DNA of 64,000 nucleotides from Methyloprofundus sedimenti (GCF_002072955.1 NZ_LPUF01000001.1:764896-828895); one strand, 5' to 3'. Shown: positions 29,432 through 39,858, numbered from the stretch's first letter. Made by a program: numbers and translations. The notes: generated by a model from the letters alone, not told the origin.

Positions 29432-30256
29432 ATGGAATATTTAGAAGTTGTTGTATCCTTTATCCTGTCTTTTGAATTAATACATATTGCAGCGGGTAGT
29501 TTAGTCGGCTTTGTGATTGGTTTGACAGGTGTTGGTGGTGGCTCATTAATGACACCGATACTGGTACTGGGCTTTGGCATTGCTCCGACAATCGCCGTGG
29601 GTACCGATCTCTTATATGCGGCAATCACTAAATGTAGCGGTATCTTTTTTCATCATAGAAATAAAACAGTAGATTGGAGAATTGTAGGCTTATTGGCTGC
29701 GGGCAGTGTGCCTAGCTCTATTATTACAGTTGTTTTGCTGGAACACATTAAGGCTGCCGGATTTAATTTTGACCGATTAATGATGCTCACCTTGAGCATT
29801 ATGCTGGTGCTCACATCATTTATTATCTTAATTAAGGGACAACTGGTTTCTTATGTTAGTCATTATCATGGAGATTCAAAAGTTGTTATCTTGCTTAAAG
29901 CATATCGTCCTCATCTCACGGTACTTTCAGGTGTTGCTTTAGGCATATTGGTGACCATTTCTTCAGTGGGAGCCGGGGCAATTGGTTCTGCTATTTTATT
30001 TTTACTCTATCCGCGTAAAAAACCGGTAGCAATTGTCGGTACTGATATTGCCCATGCAGTTCCCTTGACCGCGATTGCGGGGATGGGGCATATGCATTTT
30101 GGTTCAGTAGACTACGAGTTGTTAGTTGGTTTGTTGGCAGGTGGAGTCCCTGCGATTTATTTAGGCAGCTTGGTTGGTAGATATATTCCAGATCATTGGT
30201 TGAGAATTGCGATAGCTTTAATATTATTTGCCATGGGTGTAAAGCTGGCTCTATAA
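29432..30256 (+). CDS. TauE/SafE family sulfite/anion exporter (DUF81)
   Basis: GVGGGSLMTPILVLGFG signature of the TauE/SafE family. Multi-TM. Confidence 0.75.
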   Translation: MEYLEVVVSFILSFELIHIAAGSLVGFVIGLTGVGGGSLMTPILVLGFGIAPTIAVGTDLLYAAITKCSGIFFHHRNKTVDWRIVGLLAAGSVPSSIITVVLLEHIKAAGFNFDRLMMLTLSIMLVLTSFIILIKGQLVSYVSHYHGDSKVVILLKAYRPHLTVLSGVALGILVTISSVGAGAIGSAILFLLYPRKKPVAIVGTDIAHAVPLTAIAGMGHMHFGSVDYELLVGLLAGGVPAIYLGSLVGRYIPDHWLRIAIALILFAMGVKLAL

Positions 30257-30432
30257 GCGGCATTTTTAATTTTTCAAAAGAACACGTCTAATAATGTGCA
30301 ATTTCCCATTTCTTTCTGATAGAATGTTATGCTAATTTAGTATCTGGATGATCTATTTGGATAGTTTAAAGTGTTGCCCAGGCGCAGTTTAAACACATAA
30401 TTTTTAATGAATTTTATAAAAGGTATTTTAGT

Positions 30433-30756
30433 ATGACTTTTGTAGTTACCGAAAACTGCATCAAATGTAAATTTACGGATTGCGTTGATGTATGTCCTGT
30501 TGATTGCTTCCATGAAGGACCTAATTTTTTGGTTATTGATCCTGATGAATGTATTGATTGCACGCTGTGTGAGCCTGAATGTCCTGCAGAAGCGATTTTT
30601 TCTGAAGATGAATTGCCAGAGGGTCAGGAACAGTTTATCGAACTTAATGCAGAATTATCTCAAATCTGGCCGGTTATTACTGATGTCAAGGAGCCTGAAG
30701 CAGATGCTGAAGACTGGAATGGCAAACCAGATAAAATAGACTTACTGGAAAGATAA
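30433..30756 (+). CDS. fdxA: 7Fe ferredoxin (FdxA type)
   Basis: [18 protein letters not shown] ... [12 protein letters not shown] cluster motifs. Confidence 0.85.
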   Translation: MTFVVTENCIKCKFTDCVDVCPVDCFHEGPNFLVIDPDECIDCTLCEPECPAEAIFSEDELPEGQEQFIELNAELSQIWPVITDVKEPEADAEDWNGKPDKIDLLER

Positions 30757-30794
30757 TAAGGCGTGTGCTAAAAATCTAGGTGAGTAAGCTTTGC

Positions 30795-31331
30795 TTACTT
30801 GCCTAAATATTCATTTTTTAGCAGGACATAATGTGCGGATGAATATTCCAGAAATTCTTTTTCGCTATCGCTTAAAGCACGCGTCTTTTTAGCGGGTGAA
30901 CCGATATAAAGATAGCCGCTTTGTAAAACTTTTCCTGGCGGAACTAAAGCGCCAGCTCCGAGCATCACATAATCTTCTAAAACGGCATTATCCAGAATAA
31001 TGGCGCCGATACCGATCAGGCAATAATTACCCACAGTACAAGCATGTACGACCGCCCTGTGTCCTATGGTGACTCCTTGGCCTATTTTTAATGGCGCCTC
31101 CTCCTGGGCAAATTTCCCTGCATGAGAAACATGTAACACGCTACCATCCTGTATATTCGTGCTTGCGCCAATTGTCACACTGCCGACATCGCCTCGTATG
31201 ACAACGGTAGGCCATACAGATACATGATCTGCTAATACAACATCGCCAATAATAACGGCACTGTCATCAATATACGTCCCCTCGCCTAGTTGTGGGAAGG
31301 TGTTTTTAAATGCTCTAAGAGGCATAGACAT
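30795..31331 (-). CDS. gamma-carbonic anhydrase family / hexapeptide-repeat protein (YrdA-like)
   Basis: Left-handed beta-helix hexapeptide repeats. VWPTVVIRGD and HACTVG motifs. Confidence 0.75.
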   Translation of the reverse strand: MSMPLRAFKNTFPQLGEGTYIDDSAVIIGDVVLADHVSVWPTVVIRGDVGSVTIGASTNIQDGSVLHVSHAGKFAQEEAPLKIGQGVTIGHRAVVHACTVGNYCLIGIGAIILDNAVLEDYVMLGAGALVPPGKVLQSGYLYIGSPAKKTRALSDSEKEFLEYSSAHYVLLKNEYLGK

Positions 31332-31483
31332 TTCCTGCTTTATTCAAATATTATTCATTATGATACGGTTATTTCAGGTATTATTCAGCTATTAAATAAT
31401 AGCTAGCACAGTTGATTTCTGGAAAATTGAAATGCTTTATTATCAACTTGGCTATTAAATATAGCGCAATTTAAGGAGCATTT

Positions 31484-32518
31484 ATGGCACTGTTTGATGG
31501 TATAAGACGACAATTACGTACGGTTATTCAATGGGAAGCACCTGCTGAAGGTGCTTTATTCCAGCAATGGCAGGGTAATGGGGATGAGCTAAAGAATGCA
31601 TCAAAATTAATTGTTGCTTCTGGACAAGGGTGTATTTTTGTTTATGAAGGAAAAGTGAAAACCGTACTCAATGAGGCGTGCCTGGTTAATTTAAAAACGG
31701 ATAATATTCCTTTCTGGACGACAGTTAGCAAGTTTATGCAGTTTTTTGAAAGTGAGCATAAAGCGCATATTTATTTTTATAGGCGCACAAAAATTCTGGA
31801 TCAAAAATGGGGAACGAGCTCACCTATTAAGTACGATGATCCAAAATATAAATTTCCTGTCACTTTACTTGCTTATGGAAACTACAGTTATCGTATTGAT
31901 GATCCTAAAGCATTCTTTGTTAATGTCGTGGGCGCTGAAAATAATTTTTACATCGAGGATTTCCGCCAGGTCATGTCCAGTCGCCTGGTTCATCCCTTGA
32001 CTGATTTTCTGGCAGAAAGTCGATATTCCTATGCTGAGATCGATGCTAATCGTGAAGAAATTGCAGCAGGGATGGATGCTCAATTAAAGCAGGAATTTTT
32101 GAAAATGGGTTTTGCAATTACTGATTTTCGGATTGAAGGTACTGATTTTGATGAAGATACTTTAAAGCGGATCAACAGAATTGCAAACTTAACAGCAGAG
32201 GCACAAGCTGCTGAGGCGGTAGGGTTAGACTATACAGGTATACAGCAATTGGAAGCAATGCGCGAAGCAGCAAGAAATGAAGGCGGTGGAGCGGGGTTAG
32301 GTATGGGGCTGGGCGCCGGCATGGGTATGGGGCAGATGATGTCGCAAACGATGGGAGCTAACTTTTCTACGGCTAATAATGGTTCGAGTGCTGACACGGA
32401 TGCTTCCAGTTCTGAGCTCATGCAAAAACTAGCGCAATTAAAAAAAATGTATCAGGCAGAATTAATATCAGAAGATGAGTATAGTGCTAAGAAAAAAGAA
32501 ATTCTGGATAGCATGTAA
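31484..32518 (+). CDS. SPFH/band-7-like domain protein with Gly/Met-rich linker and C-terminal SHOCT-like motif
   Basis: Gly/Met-rich linker (GGGAGLGMGLGAGMGMGQMM). C-terminal LKKMYQAELISEDEYSAKKKEIL (SHOCT-like). Confidence 0.5.
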   Translation: MALFDGIRRQLRTVIQWEAPAEGALFQQWQGNGDELKNASKLIVASGQGCIFVYEGKVKTVLNEACLVNLKTDNIPFWTTVSKFMQFFESEHKAHIYFYRRTKILDQKWGTSSPIKYDDPKYKFPVTLLAYGNYSYRIDDPKAFFVNVVGAENNFYIEDFRQVMSSRLVHPLTDFLAESRYSYAEIDANREEIAAGMDAQLKQEFLKMGFAITDFRIEGTDFDEDTLKRINRIANLTAEAQAAEAVGLDYTGIQQLEAMREAARNEGGGAGLGMGLGAGMGMGQMMSQTMGANFSTANNGSSADTDASSSELMQKLAQLKKMYQAELISEDEYSAKKKEILDSM

Positions 32519-33177
32519 TGGCACGATGTAAGAGTTGCTCAGCCCCTCTGCTGGCAAATACAAATCGTTGTCAATATTGCGGCGTACGCAATGATGTAGA
32601 TTTGCAGTCAAAGCCTTATGTCATGACGCATAAAAAGGCCTCTGATCGGTTGTGTCCACATTGCAATAAACCATTACAAACCATCCAATTGCAGTTAGAT
32701 GAGCAGCTGTTTATTGAGCGTTGTGCCGACTGTTTAGGCTTGTTTTTTGATTTGGGAGAGTTGGATATTTTGCTAAATCATTCGGTTAGTCATGTGAATT
32801 CAATTAATCTGGCACATTTAGATAATATTAATGCAGACCGCTATCATAAAAAACAAGTTGTAAAATATATTAAATGTCCTGTCTGTCGAGAGTTTATGCA
32901 TCGTAAAAATTTTGCGCACAAAAGCGGAGTAATAGTGGATAACTGCCGCTTTCATGGTCTTTGGTTAGATAGCGGGGAAGTCATGCACTTGATGGAATGG
33001 AAGAAAGCAGGCGGGCAGTTATTACATGAGCAGGGGCAACGGAAAAAGACGCATAAAGTCAAGCAAACTCAAGTAGCACGATCTAAGCTGTGGGATGCTT
33101 CTGTTAACCAGAGCTCATTTGGCCTGGAAACAGATGTGCTGGAATTTTTAGCGTCCGTCGTTCAAAAAATACTCTAG
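32518..33177 (+). CDS. double zinc-ribbon (zf-TFIIB-type) protein
   Basis: Two CPxC...C..C units, each followed by G(L)(F/W)(F/L)D.GE... (CPHCNKPL...CADCLGLFFDLGEL and CPVCREFM...CRFHGLWLDSGEV). Start codon overlaps the upstream stop. Confidence 0.55.
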   Translation: MARCKSCSAPLLANTNRCQYCGVRNDVDLQSKPYVMTHKKASDRLCPHCNKPLQTIQLQLDEQLFIERCADCLGLFFDLGELDILLNHSVSHVNSINLAHLDNINADRYHKKQVVKYIKCPVCREFMHRKNFAHKSGVIVDNCRFHGLWLDSGEVMHLMEWKKAGGQLLHEQGQRKKTHKVKQTQVARSKLWDASVNQSSFGLETDVLEFLASVVQKIL

Positions 33178-33329
33178 TGAAAAATTTAATTAAATAACCC
33201 TGAATTCAGATTTTCCCAATACTCAATTCCGCTTTATATTGTGCAAGTTCAGGACTGTGGTGAATATAAACTTCACAACAGTCACCAGGCCGAGCAAATA
33301 CGCTTAGCTATTTTTGCTTTGGCATAGGT

Positions 33330-34972
33330 AACTTCTCATTATCCACTGGCAGCGGCCGCACGAATGACTTCCGATAACGGAGGAATCCCTTCTAACTTCA
33401 GTAAGCGACTTTTTAAATAACCCCAAAATGACATGCCGTGCTTTCGGCAGGTCTTCTTGAGACTGGCAAAAGTATCACGGGCTTTCCGCCCTGCATCACT
33501 TCGTGTACTCCCGCTGATTTTTCGTTTCTTGACGTAATCCCTTATATCCCGTTCGCTTAAATTGTTATGAAGTGGGAGGTAGGGTTTGTCGAGTACACGG
33601 AGGAGTTCATGTTGATTTTTCCCCATTCGCCCGAGGGCCTGGTTAAGCGTTTCGTAACAGGTTTTGGTACTGCATAGGATTTGAAAGCGCTGCCTGATAC
33701 TGCTCGCCTGTTCGGTAACAGGATTAAGTTTATAAGCTTTCAGGTCATGGTAAATCGACCAAAGCTGGTCGCGTGCGTCATCTACTGCCTTGGTATGGCT
33801 GTCATTTAAAGGAATCAGGCGATTAATCACTCGTTCGGCATGGATCCAGCACAAGGCATGATCAAAGACGTTAAACTGCCCTGCATCATCACTGATAATT
33901 GAAAAGTCAGAGGAAATGCCTTGGTCTAGCAGCCCTCCCATCAAAGCACCTTCCGTGACTATTTTTCTGTGCCGAGGTTTAACGATGCCTTGCTGATCCA
34001 GCCATTCGCACCCGTCAGGTGCCGTGTTAATGCAGACACTGATATTTTCCAGTGTCGCCAAGATTACAACAGACAGCTTATTTTGTGCCATGTATTCAAT
34101 GGCACCTGTGTTCAATGTATAAAGCGTTGTTTTGCCTTGTGATAGACAGTTTAAAAAATTGATTCTGCTTTTACTTTCTGTACTACTGAACCAGGCAAAA
34201 AAATCATTGCCAATATGTGTGCAATAGCCATTTTGCCCTTTATGCCGTGCGCCAGTATCATCTGTATGAATATATTTAGAAACGGATAATCCCGTCTTCA
34301 GTAATTCATCTTTTTCGGCATGAAAATCGTCCAGATCTTCTGTTAGTATATAACTGAGCTTACCGCTCGAAATATCGACGCCTAAATCACGAATTTGTTC
34401 CAGTAGTAATGGCTGTGTGACATGTTGGTGATGGTATTGATAGAGAATAAAGGCAATAAGGCTTTTACCAAAACTACCTCCCTGAATGTCTTCAGGAAGC
34501 TGACCTAAAATCGTAAGACCCTCTGGCGTTATATATTCTGCTAAACGATAACGAATGTTATGAGTTTGAAAGGTAATATCCTGAATAACACGATCCTGAT
34601 ACCCTTTAAAGCGTGAACCCTCTGGGATTTCATCCGGCTGAATAATTTGGGTTTCATCTATTTTGAGGTTGCCTTTTTTACTGCGCCTTGGGCCTTTTTT
34701 CCTTTTTGATGAGGAGTCATCACTTCCTGGGGCACCCTCCTTATCCATTGTACTCGGTTTGATTTTAGGCTTTGTGGTTTCGCCTTTAAGCTTGAGTATC
34801 TCTTGTGCTAACTCATCAATCTGCTTTTGTTGCCAGGCAAGCATTTCCAATAACACATCGACTAGCGGTGTGCGATCTTCTTTGTTTATCTCTGGTAATT
34901 CAGGTTTAGGCGAGTTCATAGAATATATTGTAAAGCAACTTTTTAATATTTTCCCGTGGATAATGAGAAGTT
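33330..34972 (-). mobile_element. IS66-like single-ORF insertion sequence with perfect 17-bp terminal inverted repeats
   Basis: aacttctcattatccac at 33330-33346 is the exact reverse complement of gtggataatgagaagtt at 34956-34972. The repeats bracket the transposase gene. Confidence 0.6.
33339..34919 (-). CDS. IS66-family-like DDE transposase (TnpC-like)
   Basis: HTDDTGARHKG (first DDE Asp region), HNNLSERDIR and TCRKHG C-terminal motifs colinear with IS66 TnpC (DNNAAERALR...TCRLNG). N-terminal leucine-zipper-like segment. Start placed at MNSPKPELPEI, inside the right-hand repeat; the ORF-track start at 35024 lies outside it. Confidence 0.65.
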   Translation of the reverse strand: MNSPKPELPEINKEDRTPLVDVLLEMLAWQQKQIDELAQEILKLKGETTKPKIKPSTMDKEGAPGSDDSSSKRKKGPRRSKKGNLKIDETQIIQPDEIPEGSRFKGYQDRVIQDITFQTHNIRYRLAEYITPEGLTILGQLPEDIQGGSFGKSLIAFILYQYHHQHVTQPLLLEQIRDLGVDISSGKLSYILTEDLDDFHAEKDELLKTGLSVSKYIHTDDTGARHKGQNGYCTHIGNDFFAWFSSTESKSRINFLNCLSQGKTTLYTLNTGAIEYMAQNKLSVVILATLENISVCINTAPDGCEWLDQQGIVKPRHRKIVTEGALMGGLLDQGISSDFSIISDDAGQFNVFDHALCWIHAERVINRLIPLNDSHTKAVDDARDQLWSIYHDLKAYKLNPVTEQASSIRQRFQILCSTKTCYETLNQALGRMGKNQHELLRVLDKPYLPLHNNLSERDIRDYVKKRKISGSTRSDAGRKARDTFASLKKTCRKHGMSFWGYLKSRLLKLEGIPPLSEVIRAAAASG

Positions 34973-35569
34973 TCTGGCATAGCCAATAACACACTGTAAT
35001 ACCGCCAAATACACTGGATGTCATATCTCATAATTCTGGATGGTTAAACTCATTTCTTCGTCGAAAGGACATTTGCTGATACACAGATATTGCCTTGATT
35101 GCTTGAAGTTAGTGAAATGTTACAGTCAATATATTTTAAGCCCTAAAATAATCTAAGTTATAGTTTTCAATATTCAGGGCACATTTCTAGTGCTCTCGAT
35201 TTGATACGTTTCTTAAGAAAACAAGCTGTCGTTAATGTACTATTTTCAACTACTACTGACACAGCTCCTGCACTAATTATTCACTCGCATGTATCAATTT
35301 GATAATAAAAGTTTACATAAAATCAATAGACATTAAACAGGGATGAGAACGATATATGCGCAGGGTGCTCTTGAATATGAATTTCAATTTTTGAAGTAAT
35401 ACTGCACAACATAGATAAATAAAAAATAATAAGTTATTGTTTTATATTGAAAAATTAAATGGTATGGAATATGCTGCCTTCTTTATAGAAGGCTGGCATT
35501 AATTACAGTTAGTGTTCTAAATGGATTATAAAATATAAAAAAAACAATACTAATAAACGAGGTTCCTAT

Positions 35570-36223
35570 ATGAGTACTGAAAAACCCCCTTTAGATCCAC
35601 ATCCTTTAAGTGAATACGTCGCGTGGGCCGGTAATCGTAACCGTGAACCTATCTTAGGGGTCTTAAAAGAGAAGTTACCCAAAGATTCAGGCCGAGTACT
35701 GGAAATGGCCAGCGGTAGCGGTATGCATATCAACTATTTTGCTCCACATTTTGAGCATTTGCATTTTCACCCCTCGGACAGAGATGTTGATGTTTTTGAT
35801 AATATCAAAAACCTTAGCCGCGAGCATGGAAATGACAATATCGCAGATCCGGTTCATCTCGATTTAACTAAGCCAGAAACCTGGTTTAATGAAGAAATGA
35901 AAGGTTCTTTCGCTTCTATTTTCTGCATTAATATTTTTCAGGTTGCGCCAATTTCTATTGCTGATGGCATGATGGAATGCGCGGAACACTTACTGAGTGA
36001 TGAAGGTTTTTTGTTGATTTATGGGCCTTTTCAAGTCGAAGGTGAATTTTCAACAGAATCAAACCAGGAATTTCATCAGACTTTAAGTTCAGCTGGGGTG
36101 CCTGAATGGGGGTTAAAAGATGTTGCTGATTTAAAAGCGGCTGCAGCGAAACATGGGCTGGAATTAAAAGAACAAATCAGCATGCCGGCTAATAACTTTT
36201 CTCTTGTCTTTGGAAGAATTTAA
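35570..36223 (+). CDS. DUF938-family SAM-dependent methyltransferase-like protein
   Basis: Class I MTase motif I ([11 protein letters not shown]). Overall DUF938 architecture. Confidence 0.6.
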   Translation: MSTEKPPLDPHPLSEYVAWAGNRNREPILGVLKEKLPKDSGRVLEMASGSGMHINYFAPHFEHLHFHPSDRDVDVFDNIKNLSREHGNDNIADPVHLDLTKPETWFNEEMKGSFASIFCINIFQVAPISIADGMMECAEHLLSDEGFLLIYGPFQVEGEFSTESNQEFHQTLSSAGVPEWGLKDVADLKAAAAKHGLELKEQISMPANNFSLVFGRI

Positions 36224-36225
36224 TT

Positions 36226-36804
36226 ATGTCAAAAATACTGACTGAAGTTTTACGTGCTAACAGGAACTATAGAAGTGATTTTGATAAAGCTGATTTACCG
36301 ATGCCGCCAGGACGTCAATTTGCCATTCTAACCTGTATGGATGCCAGATTAGATCCCGCCAAATATGCGGGGCTTGCTGAAGGTGACGCGCATGTTATTC
36401 GTAATGCCGGTGGTCGTGCCAGTGATGATGCTATACGTTCTCTGGTCATTTCTTACAAACTCTTAGGTACCCGCGAATGGTTTGTTATTCATCACACGGA
36501 TTGTGGCATGGAAACCTTTACTAGTGAAATTATGACTGAACTGCTAAATAGTAGCCTTAAAACCGCGTCAGTTGATGCAGATGGCTGGCACGATTGCTGT
36601 GAAGGCCCAGGTTCAACAGAAGGTAAATATATTAACTGGCTTACTATTAAAGACCAGGCGATAAGTGTTACTGAAGACGTTATCAGAATTAAGTCGCATC
36701 CCTTAGTACCGTCTGATATTCCGGTTTATGGTTATATTTATGATGTTAAAACCGGCGGTTTAATTGAAGTACCTACAGCAACTGAAGCGGGTCAGGCAAC
36801 GTAA
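36226..36804 (+). CDS. beta-class carbonic anhydrase-like protein
   Basis: CMDAR (Cys-x-Asp-x-Arg) and HTDCGM (His-x-x-Cys) zinc-ligand motifs. Confidence 0.7.
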   Translation: MSKILTEVLRANRNYRSDFDKADLPMPPGRQFAILTCMDARLDPAKYAGLAEGDAHVIRNAGGRASDDAIRSLVISYKLLGTREWFVIHHTDCGMETFTSEIMTELLNSSLKTASVDADGWHDCCEGPGSTEGKYINWLTIKDQAISVTEDVIRIKSHPLVPSDIPVYGYIYDVKTGGLIEVPTATEAGQAT

Positions 36805-37538
36805 TGAGTCAGCAACCTTCAGCGGTTATTATTGGAGTTGGACCGGAACGCGGTTTGGGTGCCACATTGGCAAAACACTGTGCTGCAAAAGGATTACATG
36901 TCTATATAGCGGGGCGTAGTGAAGAAAAACTTCTTCAAGTGGTTAATCGTATTGTGGAAAATGGCGGTCAAGCGACTTCCGTGGTAGCTGATGCGACGCA
37001 AGAATATGATATTAACCATTTGTTTGATGTTATTCATTTTGATGGTGCTGCACTAGAACTTGCTGTCTACAATGTAGATAGCAATATTCCTGCGCCTATT
37101 TTAGAGACTCAGGCAGAAACTTTTACCAGGCTATGGCAGCAAAATTGTCTGGGTGCTTTTTTATTTGGCAAAGAAGTCATTGAGTGTATGCTACCTAATA
37201 AACAAGGCACTCTTATTTTTACCGGTGCCACCGCCTCTCTAAGAGCAAAACCACCTTTTACAGCGTTTGCATCGGCAAAAGCGGCATTAAGGTCATTAGC
37301 GCAAGGCTTGGCGCGAGAATTTTCTCCCGCAGGTATTCATGTTGTGCATGCTATTATAGATGGTGTGATTAATGGTGACCGTGCTGCCCAACAATTTCCT
37401 GATTATTACCAATCCAAAGGCGAAGAGGGTATGCTAAATTTGGAGGCTATAGCCGAAACTTACTGGTCTATGCATTGCCAGCACCCTAGTGCATGGACAC
37501 ATGAATTAGATCTTAGGCCTTTTAAAGAACCCTTTTAG
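36804..37538 (+). CDS. short-chain dehydrogenase/reductase (SDR)
   Basis: N-terminal Rossmann glycine motif (IIGVGPERGLG). Start overlaps the upstream stop (taATGa). Confidence 0.7.
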   Translation: MSQQPSAVIIGVGPERGLGATLAKHCAAKGLHVYIAGRSEEKLLQVVNRIVENGGQATSVVADATQEYDINHLFDVIHFDGAALELAVYNVDSNIPAPILETQAETFTRLWQQNCLGAFLFGKEVIECMLPNKQGTLIFTGATASLRAKPPFTAFASAKAALRSLAQGLAREFSPAGIHVVHAIIDGVINGDRAAQQFPDYYQSKGEEGMLNLEAIAETYWSMHCQHPSAWTHELDLRPFKEPF

Positions 37539-37547
37539 GTGAAAATA

Positions 37548-38156
37548 ATGACTGAAAAAAATGATTGGAAATTACAAGGCAGTTATTTTGAAACTTGTAA
37601 CTGTGAAACGGCTTGTCCTTGCATTTGGTTACAAGATCCTTCAGAAGGTGACTGTAAATTATTGGTCGCCTGGCATATAGATACAGGTCACCTTGAAAAC
37701 AAAGCTCTGGACAACCTTAATGTCGCACTGGCCTGTTATGCACCGGGCAATATGAAGGACGGTAACTGGCAAGCGGCTTTATATATAGATGATCAAGCGG
37801 ATGATGCTCAGGTTGATGCCATTACCCAAATTTTTAGTGGCCAACACGGAGGGCATTTAGCCATTTTGATGAGTTTTGTTACTGAAGTCTTAGGCATCAA
37901 AAAAGTTAAAATTGATTATCAGGAAGATGGCAAAAAACGCAGGATGTCCATTCCTGGCATTGCCCAGGCAGAAATAGAAAGCATTCAAGGTATCACAGGG
38001 AGCGAGTCGACTATTAGCAATCCACCGTTATGTGTTGTCAGTAGTCATCCTTCAATCGTTGCCAAATCCAATCAGTATCAGTATCAGGATTTTGATAAAG
38101 ACTGGCAGTTCAGTGATCGTAACGGTTACTACTCAGCCTTTACTTATCAGCCTTAA
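37548..38156 (+). CDS. DUF1326 family Cys-rich protein
   Basis: FETCNCETACPC motif. Start at the ATG after an aggtg RBS; the ORF track gives an earlier GTG at 37539. Confidence 0.6.
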   Translation: MTEKNDWKLQGSYFETCNCETACPCIWLQDPSEGDCKLLVAWHIDTGHLENKALDNLNVALACYAPGNMKDGNWQAALYIDDQADDAQVDAITQIFSGQHGGHLAILMSFVTEVLGIKKVKIDYQEDGKKRRMSIPGIAQAEIESIQGITGSESTISNPPLCVVSSHPSIVAKSNQYQYQDFDKDWQFSDRNGYYSAFTYQP

Positions 38157-38241
38157 CTTATTGCCTGTGCCGAAAATCCTTATTCTACTTATTGTTATTA
38201 CTCTCACCGCATGGGGCTTTCTGGTATATCAATATTGGCAA

Positions 38242-38901
38242 ATGAATACTTTGTCTATGTCGGAAATGTGGATGCCGCCCGAATCGGCCTGGCAATGGCA
38301 ACTCACTGATTTTGCGGTTGTCTATACGATGTGGGCAGCCATGATGGCGGCTATGATGCTACCTTCTGCTGTGCCGATGATTAAAGCATATAGTAAAAGC
38401 TGTCAGCAACGTTATGGAAATGACGCGCCTTTCAGCATTCTTTTTAGTCTCGCTTATCTACTGGTCTGGCTGGTATTCAGTGTGCTATTAACCGCATTGC
38501 AATGGCAGTTACACGGATTGCAATGGCTTTCCGCCATGATGGAAAACAGCAATGCGTTTTTAGCCGCCGGTATCTTGATTATGGCAGGCATCTATCAGTT
38601 TACAGCATTGAAGAATGCCTGCTTGCAGCACTGCCGCTCACCCTTCAGTTTTTTGTTAAATTCCTGGCAGAATGGCAGACAGGGCGCTTTTAATATGGGG
38701 CTTATTCATGGCGGTACCTGTTTGGGATGTTGTTGGGCCCAAATGTTGATTATGTTTGCTGTTGGTGTTATGAACATAACGGCGATGGTACTCATCACTT
38801 TATTTATTCTGCTGGAAAAGAGCTTGCCTGCCAATGAACAACTCCTCAGTAAAACAGCAGGGGTGATGTTATGTGTTTGGGGCGGCTTTATTTTACTGTA
38901 A
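38242..38901 (+). CDS. DUF2182 family Met-rich integral membrane (predicted metal-binding) protein
   Basis: MWAAMMAAMMLP motif and multiple TM helices. Start at MNTLSM; the upstream part of the ORF-track frame overlaps DUF1326 and is not believed. Confidence 0.6.
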   Translation: MNTLSMSEMWMPPESAWQWQLTDFAVVYTMWAAMMAAMMLPSAVPMIKAYSKSCQQRYGNDAPFSILFSLAYLLVWLVFSVLLTALQWQLHGLQWLSAMMENSNAFLAAGILIMAGIYQFTALKNACLQHCRSPFSFLLNSWQNGRQGAFNMGLIHGGTCLGCCWAQMLIMFAVGVMNITAMVLITLFILLEKSLPANEQLLSKTAGVMLCVWGGFILL

Positions 38902-39292
38902 AAACTTTCTTCTTCGAGTTTTATAAAGGTGCCCTTTTTATAATCAAATCTTTGCTATAAACCGCTTGTTATCGGCGTAAGAAATTAGCTGCTATTTATA
39001 TGATACTTATTTACATTTCATATAATGCTTTTGGTACACACCGGTCACTATTGCTGATTTGCAAATGACAAGGGAATCACATGCCAATCTGACTGACTGT
39101 AATAAATTGATAGCAGCATTTCAATTTGCGATTTTATTGTGATCAAATTTGACAATAAAATAAGCAAAGCCTGGTTGGTATCACTTGTTACAAGCGTTAT
39201 TTCCTGATTTTTGATCGACAAATATGTAGCAATAGCTTTAAGTCAGTACTCTAAACAAGGCAGAACTGACTGTGTTAAATTAGCGCTTTAGA

Positions 39293-39685
39293 TTAAGCAT
39301 CTTCCTGTTCTGGTCTTTCAGCTTTGAGAAGTTCGGCGATAAGCTCTACGTGAGATGACATGTGTGCCGGGACAGGAATTTCCCATTCTTTTTTTGCAAT
39401 ACGGGAAAGAATATTACCCAGCCAGATGCGGTTCGATGTGGCTTGTTGAATGACAAATTTGTAGGCCCCCTCTTCGGTAATAATGGCAAAGTCTTCCAGC
39501 CAGACATCAATCGTTTCTGATTCACCAACGAGTTGTATTTGTACATATACCTGTCGCGTTTCAAGGTCAAAATTAAAACCTGTTAATGCTGCTATGTCTT
39601 TAAGAACGATATTTGCTATCAATTTAACGACGCTATTGGGGGTCAGTTTTATGGCTATTTTTATTATATTTGCTTTAAAACTCAT
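39293..39685 (-). CDS. hypothetical protein
   Basis: 130-aa ORF with no recognisable motifs. Isolated between two intergenic regions. Confidence 0.35.
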   Translation of the reverse strand: MSFKANIIKIAIKLTPNSVVKLIANIVLKDIAALTGFNFDLETRQVYVQIQLVGESETIDVWLEDFAIITEEGAYKFVIQQATSNRIWLGNILSRIAKKEWEIPVPAHMSSHVELIAELLKAERPEQEDA

Positions 39686-39858
39686 TTTTTTACCTCATTC
39701 TGATAATGTATGTTCTTTCATTTTACCCTTTCTTTACTGAGCATATTTAAATTGTTATAAAAATCGACCTGATGATGTACAAGTATCAGCTATAATAAAA
39801 AGCTAATATTCTATCGGTTAAAAACATACACCTCCGTTATTTCCGAAATTAATCAATA

